A stretch of DNA of 63,787 nucleotides, filler included, from Pelomyxa schiedti (lineage: Eukaryota > Protista > Evosea): assembly GCA_020536535.1 (NCBI GenBank). It is 4 parts of 4 records of this genome, joined end to end, with 100 filler letters (N's around TTAATTAATTAA, not from the genome) between each part and the next. Parts side by side here need not be neighbours in the genome. Positions count along the whole stretch, not along the records: positions 1 to 31,678 come from JAHLWZ010000997.1; positions 31,779 to 58,975 come from JAHLWZ010000362.1; 2 more parts are not named here. The stretch is one strand, 5' to 3'. The first letter of the stretch is position 1. Each line of letters begins with the position of its first letter. The translations under genes and the position numbers were made by a program. The notes under the pieces are model-generated. The model saw nothing but the letters and a program-made list of their open reading frames with translations, made no database searches and had not been told where the DNA came from. Shown here one piece after another: positions 26,286 through 38,329 of the stretch.

Positions 26286-28386
26286 GGGAATGCGACGGAG
26301 ACGACGGCTGGGACATTGTACTCCCCGCCAAGCGCCCCTCCGCATTCGTGTCGGCATCGGGGTCGGCGGCGACGACATCTACAGCAGCAGCACGCGCTGT
26401 GGATGCTCGCGCTTCACGTGGCGGCTCTGGCGCACTTGGTGGCGATGGAGGGGAGGCTGAGGCTGAGGATGGGGATGAAGCTGAGGACGAGGTGGCGTCG
26501 GCAGGGGCAACTGTCACTCCGCTGAATGTGGCGACATTGAACGACAACGTGTCGGCCGACGTTGCCGTACCTTGGTGGGCTGTTCTGGGGGCTGTTTGCA
26601 GACTCACGAAGGAGCGAGGAAATGGGAAGCAGGGCGGCATTGTCAGAGTGCTGAATCCACACAACTTGTATTCCAGGGTCTTCCACACCTCTCATTTCCA
26701 CCGCATGGGGGGATGTGATGTAAAGCGGCGCAGCGATTGCCGCAAAATGTTGCTTGCCCTGGAGAGCCAAGGCTTCGTTGCGTCAATCAAGGGCACGGCC
26801 TCATTCCGCGTCAAAGAATCATGTCAGTGGACGACACTGTGTGACCAAGTGAAGATGATTATGCGAGATAAGCGAAGGGAGAGGCGGCAGATTGGAGGAA
26901 GGGAAAGGAAGGCGGCAAACAAGCTACTCCCAAAGAAGCCCCCTGAGCCAAGTGTTCACCAAACTCACCCCAATTCAGCAACAAAGTTTTGGGATGAGGT
27001 TTGCCAACTGCCCTGTGCGACATCAACAGGTGCTGACTGTGTTTCCTTTAGCCCAATCAAATACCCAACATTGTTTCTCTTCTTCTTACCATGATAAACA
27101 ATAGATAGCTTTAGATGGAACATTTTAACAGTGGAGATGATGGAGGGACCACCATGGGGGGACACACTACGTACCTTCTTTCGCTCTCAGCCTTCAGTCA
27201 CGGTTTACAGCGTTACTCCACGATCTTCAGATGAAGTGTAGGCACCACCCTCACGAGTTCACCTTTTGTTTAACTTGGCCTCAGAGAAAACTTGAACGGA
27301 AAATGCATGGACGAGCAGAACATGCCAGCAGAGTCAATCGATGTAATCATCGTTGTGGCTCATGGCCAACTATTGCATGCCAGTGAGATAAGTACCAAAA
27401 AGCAGTTGGCCTGGCTTAACAGAGACGGGAACGGTGCTGCGGACGATGATTGGGATGGGTCGGCACCTTTGCGCCCAATCATAAAGGACGAGAATGGTGA
27501 AGACTTCTCATACTCGGCTGCTGAACTCTATGCAAGCCTTACGGACCAATTTCCAAGGGCGGAGCTCGTGGTCTTCTCCAGTTGCCTGGTTCTAGCCACT
27601 GATACTAGGTGCAGTGCACTCCAGCCCTTCATAGATAAGCAACATAGGTTCATGTCTTTCTGTAACAATTGTGAGTGTGATGACGCGGGAGCGCGGGAGA
27701 AGGCGTTACTGCAATTGGCTCTCTCTGAATTCCATAAGCACGTTGCCAGGCATCACAAACGCAAAGGCTGGGCCACAAGCAGTAAAGTCTGGAACTGGAA
27801 TGATGATCACCTCCTGTGCCTGACTGGCCGTGGAAAATCCTCACCAGAAACATCTCCTTCTTCTACCCCTTCACCTTCATCTCCCCCCTGCAGCACGTTC
27901 TCTGCGCCTAATCCCAGGTGGTTCAGGAAACGCACCACAAAGAGGAAGAGTATGGTTTCAGAGAGCAAGAAGGAGAGGCTACAAGCTTGGAAAGACGACG
28001 ATTATAAGGCCGATGACACAAATAGCAGTGAGGACGAGGATGAGGATGAAGATGAGAATGATGAGGAAGAAGACAACAACAGTACCAGTAGTGGCGAGAA
28101 TGAGAACCCTCCCACAGATGAACACAAAGAGAACCTCAATAAATTTCAACCATGCCAAGCAACACAAACACTCCCTTCAACAGGAAGCACAGTAACGCTC
28201 ACCACAACAACAATAACAAACACAAGCACTACAACCTCAACAAGCATAACCTCATCACGTACTCCAACCTCTTCATTGTATACAACAACTCAAGGAACAG
28301 CTGTTTTCAACCCACCAAACCCCAAGAGGAAAAGACCTTCATTGACAAAACCACCTCCTTCTCTCAAATGCAAGGACACACAATAA
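26286..28386 (+). CDS. Putative CHAT/caspase-like cysteine protease with possible N-terminal winged helix; start codon uncertain
   Basis: DVIIVVAHG (His at 27361) followed by SAAELYASL..PRAELVVFSSC (Cys at 27583) and DDAG, resembling CHAT motifs xHFxxHG / LVVLSAC / VxDxxA. Three short introns between 27040 and 27284 keep the frame. Acidic and Thr-rich tail with NLS-like PKRKRP. Confidence 0.55.
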
Positions 28387-29417
28387 GAAAGATACTTGCA
28401 TATACTTCCACACACCCCCCCCCCCCCCCCCCAAAAAAAAAAAAGAAAAAAAACCAAACTTACTGGCAGGTGCATGGAAAGGGGGACTTACGGAGTTAAC
28501 ACGGCCCATGCAGCCCAGAGGCACCCATTGTGTGTAAGCTCGGTGTTGAAAGCTGGCAATACCCCAGGGCCCGTGCCCCAGAGCGTGCGACGCACCCCGG
28601 CCCCGGTGGTCGCGGTCCGTCGTTTCATGACACCTTTCTTCCTTCTGTTTGGCAGTCCTTTTTCCGTTCTTTTTATCCACTCCGAGAACTGCCCCGGTCG
28701 GGATTATGGGATCGCTGGAAAAAACCCAAAATCCTCACTCTCAGTCTTTTTTTTCTTTTCCTCTGCCTTGTTGATTATAAAAACCGTGTTCTCCTTTGCT
28801 GTCGTAGCCGTGGCGGTTGTGGTCCTACGGGTGTGTAGTAGTTCGACATCCATTTCCATTATTATGGGAGAGTACATGCTGGGTGAGGCTCGGTGGTGGG
28901 TAGGCGCAGGAATGAGATGAGATGGCGTGGGCAATCAAAAAACCCCTGGGAAAAACCTATGTCATAAAATTGTGACTGTGTTGTTGGATTCAAAACAAAA
29001 TCGTCACGGTTTGTTACCCCTCTCCAACATAGAATTGTAAATAATGCAACATAAAGAGTAGACTGTTTATAAGTTATATAAACCCAAATTCAGGAAGTGG
29101 AGTGCATGACTTGGGCAGAAGAAGCAAAGCAAAAACAAAAGAGGCCATCATCAAAGTGGCATTGAGCACAGCCAAATGAGCACATAGCAGTAATGGGTTG
29201 AGCCGGCCACAAATGAGCATGTGCACGCCATGGCAGAGACATTCAAAGAAAGAAACTGCAACAAGGCTCGGGAAACAATCACGAAATGGGCGTACATATC
29301 CTGCACAGTCCTGGTGAGCACTTTTACGCCCCCGTTTTAGCAACAATTTTCTTCCTAAATCTGTCTCCTTGTGGAGTTACAACCGGCATCAGAGACTCCT
29401 TTTCTTCTTGTTTCCTC

Positions 29418-31678
29418 TGGCACAAGTGTTGATTTTCAAATCCCTCAACCCCACACAACCCGAAGTCCTGATGGAAGGCCGAATGTCCAAGGTTCAAATT
29501 CTCTGGGAGAATCAAGCCTTAGACATTATCGGCGTCTATGCCCCATACTTAGGCCACCCAGAAGCGACAGACTTCTGGGAACACGCTAACAAAAAATACA
29601 CCCCAAGTAACACATCGGCAACCATCTTGATAGGGGATTTCAATATCCCACTCTTCAAATACCAACACCCTTCTTTTGAGAGGTCAGCAAACCTGAGACA
29701 AGCAGCAATGTCAACCATGGAAAACTGCATACAAGTTGCACCTCCTGAGAATCCTTCCAGAAAGCCTCCCTGACAATCCAGTGGCATGCTGGAAGACCTA
29801 CAAGAGGCTACTAACCAAAGCCGCATGGCAAACGATGAACAACCACAATAACACACAGCAGGATACTCTCTCAGCATTGCTTAAGTTGCAGAAAGCATCT
29901 GCAACAGAAGCCTTGACCATCATTGAAAGAAACAAGGAGGTAGCAGATCTGTTCGACTACTATCCTCCAAGCCCGGACCAAATACAAGAGGCAATCACAT
30001 GGGTTAAAACTCAATTAGACATCAAAATCCCCAAGAAGAAGCACACACCATTCCCTGAGATTCCAGCAAGGAGCAGTCTCTATGCTCAAATGTTGGACCC
30101 CGCAACCCCAGTAACGCCCTGAGGAAAGATGAAATAACTAAGGAATTCTGGGCCCCTCTCCTCGGTCCGATATCATCAGATGGAGAGGCCCTGAAGACCC
30201 TTCTGAGCAAATACAGGAAAAAACTAGGCCCATTTCCAATGTTGACCCCTGATGATGTAGAGGCAGCAATCCTTTCATGCAAATCCAAATCAGCCCCAGG
30301 ACCAGACGGCATCAGCTTTGCGGCGTGGAAAACCCTACCTAAGCTGTCAACCATCATATTATGCAATATGTTCCACTGGTTAACGGAGCACACAGCTCCC
30401 CCACATTTCAATGATTCCCTGTTCTTTTCCTTCCTGAAAGTGGAAGGAACAACAAGAATAGATGAATCAAGGCCAATTTCCCCTCCCAATACTGACAACC
30501 GCATCATAACGAAAACAATGGCCTACCTTCTCAACCCTCTTATCGCCCAGCTGTGCCACCCAAACCAGAATGGGTTTTTTGAAGGCCGGCTCATTGATGA
30601 CAACATCACAGCAGTAGCCAACACCTTCTACACACTCAAAAACCACAATGTAGCAGCCCAATTCCTCTTCACTGACTTCTCTAAGGCCTATGACAATTTG
30701 GATAGGAACGCCATAATCCACATCCTGGGACATGTTGGAATGCCCCAGTCTTGGACTAACGTTATTACGCACCTTATGCAAGACACTGAAGCATACCTAC
30801 CCTCCGGCATCCACTTCCCACTGAGGGGAGTGCAGCAAGGCTGTCCGCTCTCCCCTCTGATTTTTAACGTGGTAATTGACACACTCCTCATGAACCTACA
30901 ATGCTCCCCAGCCAAACCCAAAGTGTCAGCTTATGCAGATGATATCTGCACTGCCTGGAGGAACCTCAAGTACCTCGACACAGGAGCTCCAACCTTTGAT
31001 CTTTATTGCCGGGCTACAGGAGCATCCCTGAACTTCCGCAAGACGGAAGTGCTGGCTGCGTCTCCCTCATTAGCCAAGGACAAAACATTGACAGCCTGGC
31101 CGGTGCAAACTGTGACAAAGTATAAGTACCTAGGAGTATACATCGGTCACATCACTGATTGAACCAGCAATCAACAAAGCCTGCAAGAGAGCTCAAGCCA
31201 TCATTCCGAAGGTTATTGGCCTCCAACATAAAGTGTTGGCTGCCAATATCTACATCCACTCCATCCTCCAATACCAATGCCGATTTGAAGTTTTCTCCCC
31301 AACAGACATCTGGAAACCATACATGACCAAGATCTTCGATTGATCACCCCCTCAAACTGCACATCCCTGGAGCACCTCACCACCCTCAAAAAGCAAGGGG
31401 GGCTGTCTACACCCTTGCTGGATATGATGTGGTGGAACGTTGCAACAGCAGTTTCAGCCTATCTGTCACAACCCCACAAACAAAGATGGCACCAGCCCAA
31501 TTTGGGAGATTGCCCTCCTCAATAAGCATATTCCAGCCCACATGAGCACTCCCACCGACATCTACAGGAGTATCATGCAAGAACGACCCACCAAACCCCT
31601 ACACCACAAACTTCACACTGCCATGAACACTCCGCCAACTGAAACCAACTGGCTCAACTTAGTCAAGAACCTCAACAC
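29418..31678 (+). mobile_element. Decayed non-LTR retrotransposon (L1/Tx1-like; APE endonuclease plus reverse transcriptase), truncated by gap
   Basis: APE motifs IIGVYAP and ILIGDFN. RT motifs KSAPGPDGI, RPIS, QNGF..GRLIDDNI, DFSKAYD, GVQQGCPLSP, AYADD, YKYLG. Broken by frameshifts/stops near 29773, 30122 and 31162. Intronless. Confidence 0.92.
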
Positions 31679-31778
31679 NNNNNNNNNNNNNNNNNNNNNN
31701 NNNNNNNNNNNNNNNNNNNNNNTTAATTAATTAANNNNNNNNNNNNNNNNNNNNNNNNNNNNNNNNNNNNNNNNNNNN
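31679..31778. other. Assembly gap with TTAATTAATTAA linker
   Basis: N44-TTAATTAATTAA-N44; the same spacer occurs at 58976-59075 and 61953-62052. Plain 100-N gaps occur at 32988-33087 and 58121-58220. Confidence 0.97.
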
Positions 31779-32987
31779 CAACGGCGAACCGGCGAGCGAG
31801 TGTCCCATAATCGAGGGAACGGGCGGGCCCAACCCAGCCACGGAAATCGTTGTTTGGGCCAAAGTCGGCGGGAGAAGGGCCATCGACGAGGCCAAGGGTT
31901 GGTGACACCGTGAACGTGAAGAATCTGTGGCTGCTCCCATAATCGAGGGACATGTGCACGACCACGCAGCGATCGGGGAACACGACCCACCGCCGGCCGA
32001 TCAGCGTCAACAACCACGGCGACAGGCTGGAGACTGGCGACCTGCTACCTCCACCCCCGCACCGTCCCACAATCGCGCCCACAGCAAGCGAAACAAATTG
32101 CGCCCTCGCTTCGGTTGGAGCATAGACATCCATCACCAAATTTTTTGTTTTCGACGAACAGACACGTTGATGACCGTTTGTTTTAGACTGTCTAAAACAC
32201 CTCACCCGGTGTGTCACCAACATCAAAACAACAAACGGTTTCTCCCTTTCTATCTATCTTTCTTTTTTGCCTCCTGGCATACAAAAGAAGAGACTTTTGT
32301 TGGGATGTACGGATAGTGTCTACGACTGGCGACGGCGACTCCATTCACTCGTAACTGGTCACCATTCTTCAGCAAGGTAGTCGGTCCTTCTTGTGATGAG
32401 CTGGGAGTCCAATTCAAGCCCGTGTGATATCACATCGAACAGGAGCCTGGTGGTTTGATGGTTAGGAGTGTTAGTGGACTGTGCGGAGTGCAGGGTTTTG
32501 GTTGGTTGGTTGATGTGTGTTGAATGGATTTTGCCTTTGGTGCGCGGTTCTTGCACATTTGTTTGTGTATTTTACGGTACTGTAGTATGGCAGGTGGTGG
32601 GGAGAAAAACTGGGTGTAGTTGGAAGTGTCGAGGAATAAATCTCTTCCACGCCTCAACTATATATTACCTGATCAACAGGCTCCCCATATTGGTCAAGAA
32701 ACAGAGTGTTTGTTGTTCCGGTCCAGTATCTTTATTTATCATGGTGAGGAAAAAGAAGAGAGTTCGAGAACAGGCAAACCGGGAAACAACAAAGCAGACT
32801 GAGTATTTTAGCATCAGGCAGACTCCTTCTCCACCGGAACAAACTTGTGCATGCTGTAGGAGAATTGGAAAATGATTTTGAGGGTGCGGAATACACACTT
32901 CGTATCCTTCAGGGCCACAACACTTGCTGCCGGGGCAAACGATCGCTCCGCAAAGCAGACACAGTGACACACTCTCGGGGTGCTGCC
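31779..32987 (-). pseudogene. Duplicate of ~43616-44837: 5' part of a family gene plus the UBR 3' end with a frameshift
   Basis: High identity to the downstream copy. At ~32659-32678 a 6-nt segment is replaced by 17 nt, so YGEPDPELRRG becomes YGEPVDQVIYS*. Confidence 0.8.
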
Positions 32988-33087
32988 NNNNNNNNNNNNN
33001 NNNNNNNNNNNNNNNNNNNNNNNNNNNNNNNNNNNNNNNNNNNNNNNNNNNNNNNNNNNNNNNNNNNNNNNNNNNNNNNNNNNNNNN

Positions 33088-34063
33088 ATCGGCATTCGTT
33101 CGCTGAATTCCGCACAGCCGCGCGTGTGTGTATTGAATGTATGGGCCTCCTTTCATTACATCGCGGAAACACACCGTGCGGCGCCTCAAACTGCAATACT
33201 GGAGGATGACAGCTGACACCCCAAGAATATCAGCAACCTAAAGCAGGATGAGGTGACACATAAAATTGGTATTTTGCACTTCGGGAAAGTTTCTTCTTAC
33301 TTTTTCAGGAGGAGGATTGTTGTAACCAAGCTCGGTCTGCTTTTCTGCACTTCTCTTTATTGTTTCACGCATCTCGCTCGCAATCTCATCCAGAAACTCC
33401 ATCGCAGATTTCTGAACGTAATGAGTGCCTAGGGAAGGGAGAAAGGGGCGGTAACCATTCTCCCAGCTCTGCTCCTTAAAGATCCAACTAGCTCAACGGG
33501 GGTAATGGGTGCATCTCGCTACCCAATCAACAAAACAAAAAGTCGAAGTTGTACTGTGGCCGAGAGTCTTGCAAGTGCCAAAAGATTCCCTCTTCTCAAA
33601 TATTTCCGTCTGAATCATCTTGGTGACTGCCACTGGACGAATGTGGATGTTGATATACATTCCAATGGCATCGGCTTTTGCAATATAGGTCCCAGGTTGA
33701 ATCTGAGGGAGCGGGGGAAAAACAGACCCAAGTTAAATCACAATGTGTGGGGCCATCACAAATTGGTAATCTCAATGGGCCATTTCCGAGCCACAAGAGC
33801 AGGGTGTTGTTCTGCTGGAAAAGTCCCCGTGCACCTACACACAACAGAGAGAAGAGTCAGAGAGATATAAGTTAAGTTATAACTAACGTTTACAGCACAC
33901 ACACGCACACGCAGTCAGTCAGAGCTGCTGTCGACGCACAACGCACAGCGCTACCTTGTTGCCCGGAGCAACGACACAATTGTGGTGGTTGCTGTTGTGT
34001 GTGTGGCCCCGTCGCCCGCCGTCATGCTCGTCGTCGTGCTCAACAGCCAGCTGCCCCGCGATC
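33088..34063 (-). pseudogene. Internally deleted copy of the ArgRS-like gene
   Basis: Matches 38790-39300, then jumps at ~33528 to ~40477, a deletion of about 1.2 kb covering the catalytic core. Further small deletions, and the 5' end is missing. Confidence 0.8.
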
Positions 34064-34112
34064 ATCGGCACCGAGGATTCGGTGAAGATCACAAGTTAAG
34101 CTTCTCTGTTTA

Positions 34113-36683
34113 TTATGATGATGAGAAAAGGATGGTGATGATGGAAAGGAGAAGTGAGGTGCAGAGGATGATGATGAGGTGGTGGTGCTCAGCGAGGAGG
34201 TGACACAGGAGAGGTGTGCGTTGTAGGGGAGGTTGGAGGGCGTGCCTGGAACTGGCTTTCCACGCCGCACCAAAACGTGAGTTGTTCTGGGAATGGTGGT
34301 GGTGGTCACCGAGTGTGAGGCCATAAAACTTGCTCTCTGTGTAGTTAACCAAGTGAGGGCAGCGGTCCAGGAGTGGCGCGAAGTGCCTCTTTATCATCGT
34401 GGCGTCAATGGCTGGGTGGTAATGTTCCAGAAGTAGCTTCCATCCTGCAAGGTCAATGAGGTAGGAAGAATATGGTGCCCACTCCCTGGTCATTTCCACA
34501 ATCTGCTGAATGTTGGCAAAAACCAGGTGGTGGTGGGCTGAAAATTAGAACAAGGCGATACACACATCTTCCAGGGGGATGTAAAAGGTCTCAATAAGCC
34601 ATTGTGCACATCTGTTTTTGCTCCAGGATAACAGCTTGAACAACAGGCTGTTGTTGTTGCGTCTGATGTGGTCGTTGTATGAAAGCCCAAACTTGGAAAC
34701 CAGCCACTTGACTGTGTTGCTGTGAATTTCATCCATCTCTAATGCAGAAGAAGTCAGGCAGCGTGCAACAGCCTCCGTCATCCACCGTTCTGAACTGCAA
34801 CAATTGGTGCCCTCAATCCCTCCAAAGAACCTTTCCAAAACATCTGGGGCCACCACGGTGAGCCCAGCCACCATTTTCTCATACAACTCTGGGTCACTTT
34901 GTGGGTGAAAATGAGTGAATGTCTCCAACATAAGCTGGATGTTGCTGATGGACTTACTGTACAATGCACATGCAATTGCGTCTTTGATGATTCTCGCTTT
35001 TATCTCTGAAGGGTGGCTGAGATGCTGAAGGAGCCACTTCAATCCAGAAGTTTTCGTTGTACAAAGTGCAATCAAAGTATCTTCAGTGCAACGTTTGCTG
35101 GGATTGACAACAGAATCCATCAAGTGGAAGGTACCCTCCAACCAATCTGCCACTTCAGTGTTCCCAGAAGCAAGTGATTTCACAAGTGCCTTGAGAAAGT
35201 GGGACGGTGAGAGTGTGGGTGCAACTTGGGGGTAAAGCCACCTGGCCAGGGATGAACCTCGTTTTGGTGATGTGGCACATGATGAGAAAAACGTTTTTCG
35301 TGTTGGTGTGAAGCCCCTCTCTGTGATCAGCCACTTCACAAGATTTATATCACCAGTCTTTTTGCAGAACCTGTTAATCTGATTTTTCTCAGTGTCAACC
35401 ACTGTTACCACCCACCGCACAACCTCTTGACTCTTGACATCACTCATTGTCCACTCACTTACTCCAGTCGCACGGATGGTGTCTTCCAGCCATTTGCAAA
35501 CTTCCAGTGTGCTGTGCTTGTTGCTGAGCAGTGCGTGTTTGAAGTCATTTCTGTTGATGTGCACTGGGAAGTTGGCCTCACACCACTTCACATTTTCAGG
35601 GCTCCCTCCTCGTGCACACCAATCCACCACATCCAGGAGATCCTTCTTTGGGAGGGAATTCCTCAAGTCAAACTGATCTAACATCCATTTGGCAACCTCC
35701 ATCTTCCCGCAAAACAGGGAGAAACCCAGAGGGCCATGCATCCAAGGGGCATCATCCCTCGTGATTCTGAGCACAGAAACAAGCCACCTTGCAACGCTCA
35801 CGTGGCCAGAACCAAAGGCGCGCTGCACGAATTCAGTGTTCCCACAGGAAGCCCTCATGTACTCCCTCACCCTTTCCCTCAGTCCACTCACAACCTCATC
35901 AACTCCCATTGCCGCCACATCCCCATCACCACCTTCTTCCCTGCGCTCGCAGATAGTCTCACCACTACAGCGCCAATTGCAGTACTTCTTCCACCCCGCC
36001 ACACACCTTCCATCCCACAACAGAGGCAACGATGTGTGCACCCTGGTTGCGCCACCTCCTCCAGCAGGTGATTCACAGGCACCGCCAGGTGCATAATAAC
36101 CACCACAATCACCACCACAGTCATCGCCAAACAAGCTGCGGGCAGCAGCGAGGTGGCCACCAACACACAGCCCCACCATCACAGCAGCCACCTCCTTCAC
36201 AACCAACCTCACATCCTTGTATTTATTGTTCTTCTCCTCCTCCTCCTCCTCCTCGTGCTCCCTCTGGTGTTCCTGATACCCCTGATGCTCCTGGGCACTG
36301 TGGGCCCCCGTGTACCTGTGGTTGAGCATCCACGCCACGCAGCGCGGCGCGTTGAGCTCCCCCGCGCCGCTGACGGCGGAGTATGTGCCGACGCCACCAG
36401 CAGGCGCGTCTGCCGCGAGGAGCACGCGGGAGCAGCACAGCGCCACGAGCGGGAACATGGCCTCGGCGACGCGGAGCAGGTCGCCCTGCGAGGGGTTGCA
36501 GTAGTAGTAGTAGTTGGAGTAGTAGTCGTCGTCGTAGTCGGCGTCGTCGGATCCGGGGCTCCCCAGCCACCCTGGAGTGACCACCATGTCCCACACCACG
36601 CGTGACACTCCGAGGACGTGGAGGAGATCTGCTGCGTGTGTGGCGGCTGTTGTTTGTTGTTGAACAACGGAGGTGGTGTCCAT
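34113..36683 (-). CDS. Degenerate ankyrin-like helical repeat protein (lineage-expanded family)
   Basis: 712-codon exon plus a 3' exon after a short intron (~34503-34563). Repeated motifs GHVSVARWLV, GKMEVAKWML, GDINLVKWLI, GNTEVADWLE. Confidence 0.7.
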
Positions 36684-38329
36684 CGCTCGAAAAAGTGATC
36701 CTTAGTTGAAACCAACTTGTGTGAAAGTGATGACTTCCCGAAAAAGGGAAGCGCGTGTCGGCATTGCGTCCACACTCCCCGTGACGAACTAGCACTCACA
36801 CTTGTTGATAGGGACATGAGGTCCACTGTTGCTTGCTGCTGGGGCAACCTTTCTTTTTCCAAGTGGAAAACCAGACCACCAACCCTTAGGAGATAACGAA
36901 AATGACAGTGTTCCAGTCTATTGTGTTAGCTTCTGTGGGAAGAGAATAAAGCCCCACAGGGGAAAAAGAACGAAAGAGAGTAAGAGTGTAAAGGTTCTCT
37001 TGCTTGTTCTTGTGCTTGTGTTGCACGTGTTCAAAGGATAATTAATTTTGGTGTGGTTAGCTTCGGAGCCACACTGTTGTCCAATTCTCAGTCAAGATTA
37101 CCTTAGAATCAATCACCACTGCAGTCTGCATTAGTGTGTTCTGTGTCTCATAAGATCGTTGCTGCCTTATTCCAGTAATTCCATCAAGCCTGCATTGGAT
37201 CTTGAGAATCGAGATTCAGACAGAGTCCACAGAGTGTCCATAGAGCTAAAGCTCGTGTACTTGCAAGTACAATTGATTATTTTATAAATTAATTAGGAAC
37301 CTTGTAGGAACCTCGTAGGACCTCGTAGGAGGGCCTCGCACGGGCCCCCATCTGCCGTTTGGCGACCCCCGTCTCTCGCTGCGTGCCCTGTGCTTGGTGA
37401 TGAAAAATTTTTTTTTGTTTTTATCATTTGCCTCCCCCCCATGGTTGTAGTGCCCTTTTCCAAAAATCCTTGTTGGTAGTTTTGATGCTTTTACAGCCAA
37501 ATAAAGGTCAAGAGTCATTGAGACACTGAGAGAAAGCCATAGATGTGGTCTTACATCATTTCAATGCAATGTACATTGAAACCCTTTTTGGGGGGTGTTC
37601 CCAGTAGTGTGTACTTTTCAGTGTGGAAAGTACTCCCGTTTTCTCTGTGGGGCACACTTGTGGGACCGAAAATCAACAGGATCTCAGGTTTGGTGTGTGT
37701 GGTAGTGTGGCGGCTCTCACTTATGAGAGAAGAGCAGGACATATGGCACAAGAAGAAGAAACGCAGTCTCCCCAGAAGGTTGATCAAGTTTCAAGTGTAT
37801 TGTGGATCTGATTTCCCAAGGCCAGCGACGCACGTCATCATCGGCTTGGGATGACAATAGCAGCAACATCACATCCGACAAAACCATTGCGGCGACAACC
37901 CATAAGTTACCTGGCGCAGCGGGTGGGTGGCACGAGTAACACAACAACAAGAACAATGCCATGCAAAAAAGGAAAAAGTGAAGGGTATATATATTCCACA
38001 TTGCCCTGCAAATATATTTATCTCCATGTGTATACCGATATATACCCTGCATATGAAACAATCAAACAAACCTTGGCAGAAGAAGCTCTCGGACTTCCTT
38101 CTCTACCTTTGTATTTGAGGGAATGTAAGTGTTACTTCTGTACCATCTACCCCAATGACCTTCCTGCCGTAATGGCTGTTGGAATTATCTGCCCAGGCAA
38201 TGTGCAGAGGGCTGCTGAACCTTTTGGTCACCCTCAGTGTCTGTGGAGCAAGGATATTCCTACACTCAGATGGCTTGTTTGTTTCCTTCCCCATCCAAAA
38301 CTTTTTCAAACATCATAGGTATTACTTAT

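Noticed and set aside
31723-31734. TTAATTAATTAA palindrome occurring three times
   Set aside because: It is always centred in N runs and is an artificial six-frame-stop scaffolding linker.
32665-33219. Apparent ArgRS-UBR fusion ORF
   Set aside because: The ORF reads through a 100-N gap, and both sides are decayed fragments.
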